Position numbers and translations under genes: made by a program
Shown: positions 51,787 through 61,579 of the stretch, piece by piece
How the letters are laid out: each line of letters begins with the position of its first letter
Position numbering within the stretch: position 1 is the first letter of the stretch
The notes under the pieces: generated by a model
Database searches by the model: none
What the model was told of the DNA's origin: nothing
The model's input: only the letters and a program-made list of their open reading frames with translations
Source of the DNA: TPA_inf: Saccharomyces
Taxonomy: Eukaryota
Direction: 5' to 3'
Assembly (NCBI GenBank): GCA_000146045.2
Contig: BK006943.2
Coordinates: 288,001-352,000, forward strand
Length of the DNA: 64,000 bases

Positions 51787-54255
51787 ATGTGCCATAATTC
51801 TGTTAGGAGCGGAAATAAGGCTGGTTTTTTGGGGATCAAGTTCGGAAGTGCTCTTCTCTCAATTGCCACAGGTGCCATTGCTATCGCATTGCTATGCAAG
51901 TTCCACGACCACGAAGCGGTACTGATAGTTATTGTATGCTCGACATTGTTATATGGAATACCGTCACTGATATCGTTTATCACAGAGACTGTTTTTGCGC
52001 CTAGCAAGTTTCATATTGGATACTTTTACAACGTTCTTAATTTTGCATTGCCACTGATCACCATGGGCTGCACAGTGGACTATTTTCATAATACCTTGAG
52101 GAGCCCAATATCGGTACAAAGCGAGTCTCACAGAGTCTATATAACAACTCTGGATTCTTTGTTAATTTTCACACTTTTCATTAATGGCATACAATTAGGA
52201 TTCTTCCTGAAGGATGGCAATGCGAACAATTTCGGCAGCTCATCTAACAATATTAGTACGGATCAATATGACAAAGAAGCAAATGCGGTGGAAAATGGTA
52301 GATTTGTACCCCTTAAGAACTCTTCACAGACCTTAACACCAGATTTGGAATTATTACACGGTAGTCCCAAGAGTATGAATGGGGTAGCGTGGCTGATTAA
52401 TGAACTCTCCACAAATTCAAACACAAACGCAAACAAAACCATATCATCCGATGAAAATTCAAACTCTTCAGTTATTCGACACAAATTAGGACCGATTAGC
52501 ACCAGCAAGTGTCCTAAAAAGCCATCTCATTCGCATTTTTCTAAATTGAAAAAATATAACAGTTTCTTTTTGGGTCCTAAAGAAAATCGATACAAAAGAA
52601 ATACACAACAAGCTACTAAGGTTCCGACAGAAAAGAAAAGCAACCACCGAAGTAGCCAGTATGTATCCAGACTATCAACCATATCTGACATCTCGAAAAG
52701 TTTCCTGAATTTCTTAGCATTAAACGAAAAAAACGGGAATTCGACTTCCACTGCGAGAACACCAAGTGAAGGAAGAGTTTCAATAATAATTAACGAAGGA
52801 AATAATACTTTGAAATACAAAACTCCCCATGATTCGCATACTATTGATTCTCCAAACTTGGAGTTAGAAAGAGAAGCTATTGGGAGAATTAATAGTGCCT
52901 TACTTCCTGCATGTTTGAGAGTAACAGATAAAATGATATCCCCACAGCAAAGCACTCAAAATGAGGACTCATACCAAGCAACACCATTGATACCCCAGGT
53001 GGAAGTTGACGATGATTTCTATGTAGGTGATATCTTAATGACTAATGAACTACAAGACATTCCACAAGTCCCAAGGATATCATCTGATATAGAAGACGAT
53101 TTCGAACAACAATATACCAAACACGTGGATTTGCCAGCCCGTGTCACTTTAGAGATGTGGGAAAAGGATCAGGAGAAAATACTTCAAAAAGTAACCACAA
53201 ACCGGGATAAAAGCAAATTACTACCCCCTTTCAGATTCACCTCTGAAAGTGATATGGATCCAAGTACATCCACCGAATTGGAAGTTGAACTGCATGCCCA
53301 AAACAACTTCAGCTTTCCCTTTAAAAGTGCAGGATTACAAATTGCTACATCAGACCAATTTAACCAACAGGAGTTTAAAACTTCAGATACTATTAGCGAA
53401 CTAGATGAGTATTTACATGATCCCAGCATTCAAGAAGAGGATGCAAGTCAGCTGATTGAAAGCAGTTTGAACCAAAACAACCTATCCTCAACTACTATTG
53501 ACAATGGCCCAAAGGATATGAGTAGATTTAGTACAAGGCATTCACCAACCAAATCGATAATTTCCATGATCAGTGGATCAGGAAGTGTCAAGCACCAACA
53601 TTCACACAGCACCCTAAGCAACTTTTTTACGGGTCATTCAAGAAACAATTCTCAAATAAATCAGCTATTACAGGGTTCTTCTTCTAATATGATGTCCAAC
53701 ACCTCACCGCATTCATCTCCAACCAAGTCGTTGAGAATGAGATTTGGAAAGAAATTGTCATTATCAAATATCTCTGATACAATGTCGCCATATGAGGGTA
53801 GTACAACAGATCCGATAAACTACTCGTTTGGCCATGGTCACAATAAAAACCAGAGTATTGATTTTAGCTACGTACGTACTTTGCAAAGCAGTCATTCACC
53901 TACAAAATCAACCTCGGGAAATTCTCGTCGGGATTCTTTAAACAATGATAGAACCCAGAGTACTGTTAATGAAAGAGCGCTTAGAACTGCAAGTACATTA
54001 TTCTATCTCCAGCACAATAACGCCACATGTACATTGAACGGAGAGGAGCCAGTTCTGGACACACCACAATCTATACAGTCATCATCAAGCGGTTCTGAGC
54101 AAGAATCGGCGGGATCTGGTTCTGGCTATCCAGAAGTAGTGTTCAGCGAGTATGATAGAGAAAAATGGAATGTTTTGAGGAATCTAAAAGAGATAGCGCC
54201 CGAAAAAACTATAGAGAGCGGACCTGTTGAAGAACTAGTCTCTCCCAGTAAATAA
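51787..54255 (+). CDS. IRC8: Irc8, membrane protein of unknown function (822 aa). N-terminal multi-TM block and long S/N/T-rich disordered tail.
   Basis: The track ORF is 840 aa. The Met at codon 19 (MCHNSVRSG...) gives 822 aa. A TATATATATA element sits about 30 bp upstream of this Met and inside the longer ORF, which supports the trimmed start. Confidence 0.7.
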   Translation: MCHNSVRSGNKAGFLGIKFGSALLSIATGAIAIALLCKFHDHEAVLIVIVCSTLLYGIPSLISFITETVFAPSKFHIGYFYNVLNFALPLITMGCTVDYFHNTLRSPISVQSESHRVYITTLDSLLIFTLFINGIQLGFFLKDGNANNFGSSSNNISTDQYDKEANAVENGRFVPLKNSSQTLTPDLELLHGSPKSMNGVAWLINELSTNSNTNANKTISSDENSNSSVIRHKLGPISTSKCPKKPSHSHFSKLKKYNSFFLGPKENRYKRNTQQATKVPTEKKSNHRSSQYVSRLSTISDISKSFLNFLALNEKNGNSTSTARTPSEGRVSIIINEGNNTLKYKTPHDSHTIDSPNLELEREAIGRINSALLPACLRVTDKMISPQQSTQNEDSYQATPLIPQVEVDDDFYVGDILMTNELQDIPQVPRISSDIEDDFEQQYTKHVDLPARVTLEMWEKDQEKILQKVTTNRDKSKLLPPFRFTSESDMDPSTSTELEVELHAQNNFSFPFKSAGLQIATSDQFNQQEFKTSDTISELDEYLHDPSIQEEDASQLIESSLNQNNLSSTTIDNGPKDMSRFSTRHSPTKSIISMISGSGSVKHQHSHSTLSNFFTGHSRNNSQINQLLQGSSSNMMSNTSPHSSPTKSLRMRFGKKLSLSNISDTMSPYEGSTTDPINYSFGHGHNKNQSIDFSYVRTLQSSHSPTKSTSGNSRRDSLNNDRTQSTVNERALRTASTLFYLQHNNATCTLNGEEPVLDTPQSIQSSSSGSEQESAGSGSGYPEVVFSEYDREKWNVLRNLKEIAPEKTIESGPVEELVSPSK

Positions 54256-54348
54256 ACCAACCGACTTATTCATATGTATCAAAGATACCTATGGGAACTG
54301 CTAAAAGCAACTATTTTGATCCCGTAGAACACGATTTATTTCATTAAA

Positions 54349-54371
54349 TTTTTTTTTTTTTTTTTTTTTTT
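54349..54371 (+). repeat. Homopolymeric poly(dT) tract of about 23 nt in the IRC8-MTR4 intergenic region.
   Basis: Direct read: an uninterrupted T run. Poly(dA:dT) tracts are nucleosome-excluding promoter elements in yeast. Confidence 0.9.
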
Positions 54372-54521
54372 CACTTTCTTGCGATGAGATGCACATAGTA
54401 AAAGAAAAGTATACCAGTGTAGTGCGTAAATTAATACCTATATAATAATTCATTTTCGGTGACTCAACATTCCCTGCCTATATTTTAAGCACCTGCAAGA
54501 AATATAGATTATATACGAAGG

Positions 54522-57500
54522 ATGGATTCTACTGATCTGTTCGATGTTTTCGAGGAAACACCTGTTGAGCTTCCTACAGATAGTAATGGAGAAAAAAATG
54601 CTGATACAAACGTAGGAGATACTCCAGATCATACCCAGGATAAGAAGCATGGCCTTGAAGAAGAAAAAGAAGAGCATGAGGAAAACAACAGTGAAAATAA
54701 AAAAATCAAATCCAATAAGAGCAAAACGGAAGATAAAAACAAAAAAGTTGTAGTACCAGTGTTGGCAGATTCGTTCGAACAAGAAGCCTCTAGAGAAGTG
54801 GATGCATCGAAAGGACTGACAAATTCAGAAACCTTACAAGTTGAGCAAGACGGTAAAGTCAGATTATCGCATCAGGTCCGCCACCAGGTTGCACTACCAC
54901 CGAACTATGATTATACGCCTATCGCTGAGCATAAGAGGGTAAATGAGGCTCGTACATATCCATTCACATTAGACCCTTTCCAGGACACTGCAATCTCATG
55001 TATAGATAGAGGCGAATCTGTGTTGGTTTCTGCGCACACATCGGCTGGTAAAACAGTTGTGGCTGAATATGCCATCGCACAATCTTTAAAAAATAAGCAA
55101 AGAGTCATTTATACCTCTCCAATTAAGGCTCTATCAAACCAAAAATACAGAGAACTTTTAGCAGAATTTGGAGATGTCGGTTTGATGACTGGTGATATCA
55201 CGATCAATCCGGATGCAGGCTGTTTGGTCATGACCACTGAGATTTTGAGAAGTATGTTATATAGAGGCAGTGAAGTTATGAGAGAAGTTGCCTGGGTCAT
55301 CTTTGATGAAGTGCATTACATGAGGGATAAAGAAAGAGGTGTTGTGTGGGAAGAAACGATTATTTTACTGCCAGATAAGGTCCGTTACGTGTTTTTATCG
55401 GCCACCATTCCAAATGCAATGGAGTTTGCTGAATGGATATGCAAAATTCATTCTCAGCCATGTCATATTGTCTACACAAATTTCCGTCCAACTCCTTTAC
55501 AACATTACCTGTTTCCAGCCCATGGAGATGGTATTTATCTGGTGGTTGACGAAAAAAGTACCTTCAGAGAGGAAAATTTCCAAAAAGCAATGGCGTCCAT
55601 AAGTAACCAGATAGGTGATGATCCAAATTCCACTGATTCAAGAGGTAAAAAGGGTCAAACCTATAAAGGTGGCTCCGCTAAGGGTGACGCAAAAGGTGAC
55701 ATTTATAAGATAGTGAAAATGATTTGGAAGAAAAAGTACAATCCAGTGATTGTATTTTCGTTCAGTAAACGTGATTGTGAAGAATTAGCATTGAAGATGT
55801 CTAAATTAGATTTTAATTCTGATGATGAAAAGGAGGCTTTGACGAAGATTTTTAACAATGCCATTGCACTATTACCAGAGACAGACAGAGAGCTACCCCA
55901 AATTAAACACATTTTACCATTATTAAGAAGAGGTATCGGTATTCATCATTCCGGTTTACTGCCCATTTTGAAGGAAGTCATTGAAATTCTGTTTCAAGAG
56001 GGATTTTTGAAGGTGTTGTTTGCAACAGAAACATTTTCGATTGGATTAAACATGCCTGCTAAAACTGTTGTCTTTACATCGGTCAGAAAGTGGGATGGTC
56101 AACAATTCCGCTGGGTTTCAGGTGGAGAATATATACAAATGTCTGGTCGTGCAGGTCGTCGTGGTTTAGATGATCGTGGTATTGTTATTATGATGATTGA
56201 TGAAAAAATGGAACCTCAAGTTGCTAAAGGAATGGTTAAGGGCCAAGCAGATAGGCTAGACTCGGCTTTTCACTTAGGATATAATATGATTTTGAACTTA
56301 ATGAGAGTTGAAGGTATCTCTCCGGAGTTTATGTTGGAGCATTCTTTCTTCCAATTTCAAAACGTTATTTCAGTACCAGTTATGGAAAAGAAACTTGCTG
56401 AACTGAAAAAAGACTTTGATGGCATCGAAGTCGAAGATGAAGAAAATGTTAAAGAATACCATGAGATTGAGCAGGCTATCAAAGGTTACCGTGAAGATGT
56501 TCGTCAAGTTGTCACCCATCCGGCAAACGCCTTAAGTTTCCTACAACCAGGCAGATTAGTTGAAATCTCTGTCAATGGTAAGGATAACTATGGCTGGGGT
56601 GCTGTTGTCGATTTTGCTAAAAGAATTAACAAACGCAACCCAAGTGCTGTCTATACAGACCATGAATCCTATATTGTCAATGTGGTCGTCAATACCATGT
56701 ATATAGACTCTCCAGTCAACTTGTTGAAACCTTTCAACCCTACCTTACCAGAAGGGATTCGCCCAGCGGAAGAAGGTGAAAAAAGCATATGTGCTGTTAT
56801 TCCCATAACTTTGGATTCAATCAAGTCGATTGGTAATTTGAGACTATATATGCCCAAAGATATTAGAGCCAGCGGTCAAAAAGAAACTGTTGGGAAGTCT
56901 TTAAGGGAGGTTAATCGGAGGTTCCCGGATGGTATTCCCGTGCTGGATCCTGTTAAAAACATGAAGATCGAAGATGAGGACTTTTTAAAGCTAATGAAGA
57001 AGATTGACGTTTTAAACACAAAGTTATCCTCCAATCCCTTAACCAATTCCATGAGACTAGAAGAACTATATGGTAAATATAGTAGAAAACACGATTTACA
57101 TGAAGATATGAAACAATTGAAACGCAAAATTTCAGAATCACAAGCCGTAATCCAACTGGACGATCTTCGTCGCCGTAAAAGAGTTTTGCGCCGTTTAGGA
57201 TTTTGTACTCCTAATGACATTATTGAACTGAAAGGTAGAGTTGCATGTGAAATATCTAGTGGTGATGAACTGTTACTAACAGAATTGATCTTCAATGGTA
57301 ATTTCAATGAGTTGAAACCGGAACAAGCAGCAGCATTATTATCATGCTTTGCATTCCAAGAACGCTGTAAAGAAGCGCCTAGATTGAAACCAGAGCTTGC
57401 CGAACCTTTGAAGGCTATGAGAGAAATTGCAGCAAAGATCGCTAAGATAATGAAGGATTCTAAAATTGAAGTTGTAGAAAAGGACTACGTTGAAAGCTTC

Positions 57501-57743
57501 AGACATGAACTAATGGAAGTTGTTTACGAATGGTGTAGAGGAGCTACTTTTACGCAAATCTGTAAAATGACCGACGTTTACGAAGGTTCGTTGATCAGAA
57601 TGTTCAAGAGATTAGAGGAATTGGTGAAGGAGCTGGTAGACGTCGCCAATACCATTGGTAACTCTTCACTTAAGGAGAAGATGGAAGCTGTCTTGAAATT
57701 AATTCATAGAGATATCGTATCTGCTGGTTCTTTGTATTTATAG
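54522..57743 (+). CDS. MTR4: Mtr4, DExH-box RNA helicase of the TRAMP/nuclear exosome pathway (1073 aa).
   Basis: A 1073-aa ORF. Motif I is AHTSAGKT, motif II is DEVH (VIFDEVHYM), motif VI is [10 protein letters not shown], and the arch/KOW and Ski2-like C-terminal DSHCT region are present. Confidence 0.92.
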
Positions 57744-57972
57744 TTAATCACACACAATTATGTATTTTTATTGGTATATATAATAAACAAATAGATTTCA
57801 TCAACATTTATTATATAATAACATTTTTGTTTGGGCAAGCACACTATTGATACACCCATACAACTCAATGAAGTGCAGCGTTAGTAGAGACAATAAGAGG
57901 AGTTTTAAATTCTTAAACTATATCTGGCAAAACACCACCAAAGCCAGCCAAATAGTATCTCACTGTATCTGA

Positions 57973-59325
57973 ATGAAAGTAGATTTACCAGAATCCAGAC
58001 TACCATCTTTATATAGAGATTTTAGGCCATTGAAAGATTTAAATCCCGATGGGTACGAAGCAAACATCAGTACATGGAGGGATTTCTTCTTGCAACAATA
58101 CATCAGCAACTCCAACAGAATCATATTTACTATAGGGACAAGGACTTTGCAAGAATTAACTCATGAAGTTTATGGCGTACCGAAAAGCATTGATATAGCA
58201 ATTGACGTTCTTGTTAATGAAGGAAATTTGATACCTATGGAATTATTCAATCTTGGTGGAATGTACACTGACAACAGTAGAAAAGGATTTTGGAAGTGGG
58301 TTAGAAGTTGGAAGGAGTCTACAAACATGTATAAAAGCCGGAAGGATGAAACAAATTTCTACTTGAGAGAAGACAAATTTATTATCAAAGCAAATTTGGA
58401 AAAAGAGTATCAAAGGTTTCATGAATTACTCAAAAGAAGTGTTTTTATGGAGGCTTCATCTATTACAGATTTAGTATTCACAAGGAATGAATTTGTGACC
58501 ACAGAAAGTTTGCAGTCGTTCTTTTCAACCTATGATGAAGAAACGAAAAACGTGTTCCTGCACTTTATAGAGAATTATAAGCACATAATAGTTTCAAAAG
58601 ACAATGTTATCAAAGTCATTGCCGCTGAAGTAGAAGACATTACTAGCAGGTTCTCCAAAGGCATCACAGAAAATGACCTTCGAATTGCTAGTGTTAAAGT
58701 GGGTATTATAAACATCAACAAACAAATTACAAGGCTAAGAAAAGAAATTAATGAATCTAACATTAAACTGAGAGGACCAGAGTTTAATGAGCTGCCGAAG
58801 AGAATAAGGATTGAATATAAACAGGCGAGATTACTATCTGAAAAACATCTTTCTAGGTTACTAAAGTTTCAAAATAACCTCGCTCAAGTAAGAACTCAAA
58901 TAGACACCAGTGCTACTAATGCGGTTTTAATTCAAACTTTAAGTGAATCCAACGAAGTAATTAAGTCAATTAATGGATATATTGGTTCTACCGAAAAAGT
59001 AGAAGACTTACTAGATGAGATTAAAGAGGGTCATGACCGTACCGAAGAGGTCAATGATTTATTAGCTCATTATAATAAAGGTCAAGACGAAGAAGCAGAA
59101 GAAGAAATTGAAAGAGAATTAGAACAATTAGAACTTGATGAAAAGAATAATAATAAGGAAGAAAATAAGAACCAGGATTTGCACGAGCCAAAAGAAAGCA
59201 GTAGCGAGGATCTATTAAAGAGATTGAATAATCTGAAGATAAATACAAATGAAGGACCTGTGCAAGATAATGAAAACCACGATAATGAGATAAGAAAAAT
59301 CATGATGGAAGAACAACCACGTTGA
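57973..59325 (+). CDS. CHM7: Chm7, ESCRT-III-like (CHMP7) protein (450 aa).
   Basis: A 450-aa ORF. The C-terminal half is Snf7-like coiled coil with an acidic tail (DEEAEEEIERELEQLELDE). Confidence 0.75.
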   Translation: MKVDLPESRLPSLYRDFRPLKDLNPDGYEANISTWRDFFLQQYISNSNRIIFTIGTRTLQELTHEVYGVPKSIDIAIDVLVNEGNLIPMELFNLGGMYTDNSRKGFWKWVRSWKESTNMYKSRKDETNFYLREDKFIIKANLEKEYQRFHELLKRSVFMEASSITDLVFTRNEFVTTESLQSFFSTYDEETKNVFLHFIENYKHIIVSKDNVIKVIAAEVEDITSRFSKGITENDLRIASVKVGIININKQITRLRKEINESNIKLRGPEFNELPKRIRIEYKQARLLSEKHLSRLLKFQNNLAQVRTQIDTSATNAVLIQTLSESNEVIKSINGYIGSTEKVEDLLDEIKEGHDRTEEVNDLLAHYNKGQDEEAEEEIERELEQLELDEKNNNKEENKNQDLHEPKESSSEDLLKRLNNLKINTNEGPVQDNENHDNEIRKIMMEEQPR

Positions 59326-59446
59326 CGAACTGAGTGACTAATAAATAAATATATATGTATAAATAAAAAATAAATATGAATATTTTAATAGACGGAAGAA
59401 AGAAAATATGTGTGAATAACCAAATAGGAAATAAACAAAAGCACAT

Positions 59447-60637
59447 TTAATTGTTGCCGTTATTATTAGAGTAACCTAATGTACGAACTTTGGTATTAGA
59501 TGCAGAATTATTGGAAGACAAGTTTAGTTCAGACACGTTTTGTCGCAATTGAGAAGTACCATTAGAAGGATACATCCTTGGGGTAGTATATGCTGAAGGA
59601 GTCATTGAATCACCACCACCTCCTCCTCCCCCGTCCGACACCATGTCTAAGCTAGATAATTTTTGTAAAGAGTAGTTGGCGCTGTTTGACACATTTGTGC
59701 CCAACCTCTGGTAACCAAGACGGGAGGAGGAAGCATCTACTTCCGGTTCTTTCGCCCAAAAAGATGTCAAACCTGAGTAAACCTTGTGTAGAAGAGAAGA
59801 TTGTTCCATGTAGTCGAATGTTTTGTTATTGGCTTCCAGCGGTTCTAAGATGAGAGTCGATCTGGGCAACAGATCCAACTCTTGCAAACTTTTGAGTTCG
59901 TCATTTCGCGTAAGAGTCACTCTTGGTATATTTCTGTGGAAAAGGTAAGGTGTTCCATCATCGTAGCAATTATAGTCTAACCACATCCTTACTTTGTGTA
60001 ATTTTGTTTGAGGAGGGAAAGTATTAGAGATTGTGTAACCATTGGGCAGTTTCAATTGTAGAGTACAGTAGTTCTGGGCGAGAAACCCCTTTTGACTCTT
60101 GTAACTAACATTATCAGTAACTGTCAACTGCTTCCACTTCTGTGGCTTTCTTTGCGGGTCATTAGTATTTTGAAAAACATACTTCCTCTCCAACTTGTCG
60201 TTCTGAATCATTCTTTTGACTCTTTGATATTCTTCATTGCTCTTGGAAAATAACTTCCTCTTTGTTACTTGACCCTTAAAGACTGATTGTAACCCATTGA
60301 TAAAGGTTTCCCAAGGATCCTGCTCACGAGAAAGGCTATTACCTTGGATAGAACATTCGAGTAGACCGTTCTGTAATATGTTAATGCTTGGCGCCGATGA
60401 GGAGGGGAAAATGCTCTTGAAAAGCAAGCACTCTTTAGTACCATTTACTAACCTTACCCACAGTATGTTTTCGCGCTCCTCGTCACTAAGATTTCCTGGT
60501 TTGAACCACTGATGAAGCCAAGAATTGTCCCCGGCTGCTGAACTAATGTAAACGACGATAACCTGCTCACTAGTATGAGAGTAATCATGAACAACTCGAT
60601 CATGAAAGAGGCTGTCTATACCTGACATCTCGTACAT
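59447..60637 (-). CDS. UBX6: Ubx6, UBX-domain Cdc48 cofactor (396 aa).
   Basis: A 396-aa ORF. Its central region has a UBX-like ubiquitin fold ([15 protein letters not shown]...[25 protein letters not shown]). Convergent with CHM7. Confidence 0.75.
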
Positions 60638-61127
60638 TTCTGTTATTCAATACCTGTAATTCACTTCCTTTGAGGGTCAAAAATGTCCCCTGTAAGCAAG
60701 TGTATAAGTATATAATTATATATATGTGCATATATATGTCCCTATACAACTACTAACGAATCTTAAAAGTTGACTATTCATGTGGAAAAAGTCCCTCTTC
60801 TAGGGTTGACGCGCTAGAGGTAAATCCATTAAGGTTCCTCCTGGCTTCGTTAACTCCGAAAAGAATAGCATGTGCAAGATGAGTTACCGAAAGAAGCAAT
60901 AAAGAAAGCACGAGTACATGTAGAACAGGGGCACAGATAATACCAGACAGATGAGCCCACTTTTAAGAGTTTCAAAACTTCCACGAATGCACAGGGAGAA
61001 TAAAGTACGCGCTGGGTCCGTTACGATTCGTGCTGCAAGAGGTTTAAAATCGCTCCACAATGGTCTCGCCCCTCGGCCCTTCTCCAATTACAAGCATATT
61101 ACTAATACAGTTTTCGTTTCTTTTGTA

Positions 61128-61235
61128 ATGTTCAGATAGGAGCGAAAGACTAATTTCGATGGAAATTTTTATCTTCATTTCGATAGTATGTTCAATCAGT
61201 TGAACTATGCATCTTTGGTTATCATCATTAACAAA
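61128..61235 (-). ncRNA. SNR60: C/D-box snoRNA, probably snR60 (about 104-108 nt, 2'-O-methylation guide).
   Basis: The minus-strand RNA is UGUUAAUGAUGAUAACCAAAGAUGCAUAGUUCAACUGAUUGAACAUACUAUCGAAAUGAAGAUAAAAAUUUCCAUCGAAAUUAGUCUUUCGCUCCUAUCUGAACAUU. Box C AUGAUGA lies near the 5' end, an internal D' CUGA and C'-like UGAAGA follow, and box D CUGA lies near the 3' end. The flanking UUUGU / ACAAA can form the terminal stem. It is intergenic between UBX6 and RTT101. The snR60 identity comes from my memory of chrX and is not verified. Confidence 0.6.
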
Positions 61236-61579
61236 TTGAAACGAAAAGCTATCCTGCCAAGAAGGCCGGATAGAGAGATTGAAAAAGATATATAAAGTGT
61301 CCTTGTCACACTCATACAACACCTGTTGTATGTCAGGCATACGGCAAATTGACTACAGTTTGCATTTGCACTAATGTCGTTTGCAGTGTAACTGTTGTAT
61401 TGAACGTGGACAAGGACAAGAAAGATAGTTTTTATCTCTTGATGTTTTTTTATATGGAGGAGAAAGCGACGAAGTCGAAAAAAACGAAAGGAAATAAAAT
61501 GCTGTCGGAAAAAAAGTTAGGGCTGGTACGGATTATAAACTATCTCAGTAGTTAGGTAATATATAAGATGGCACCAGTC

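Noticed and set aside
61044-61340. A 98-aa minus ORF and a 62-aa plus ORF (60951-61139) in the UBX6-RTT101 intergenic region.
   Set aside because: The minus ORF overlaps the C/D-box snoRNA and has no protein-like features. It is more parsimoniously an RNA gene plus flanking AT-rich DNA. A tiny dubious ORF (YJL047C-A-like) may exist here but I cannot support it.
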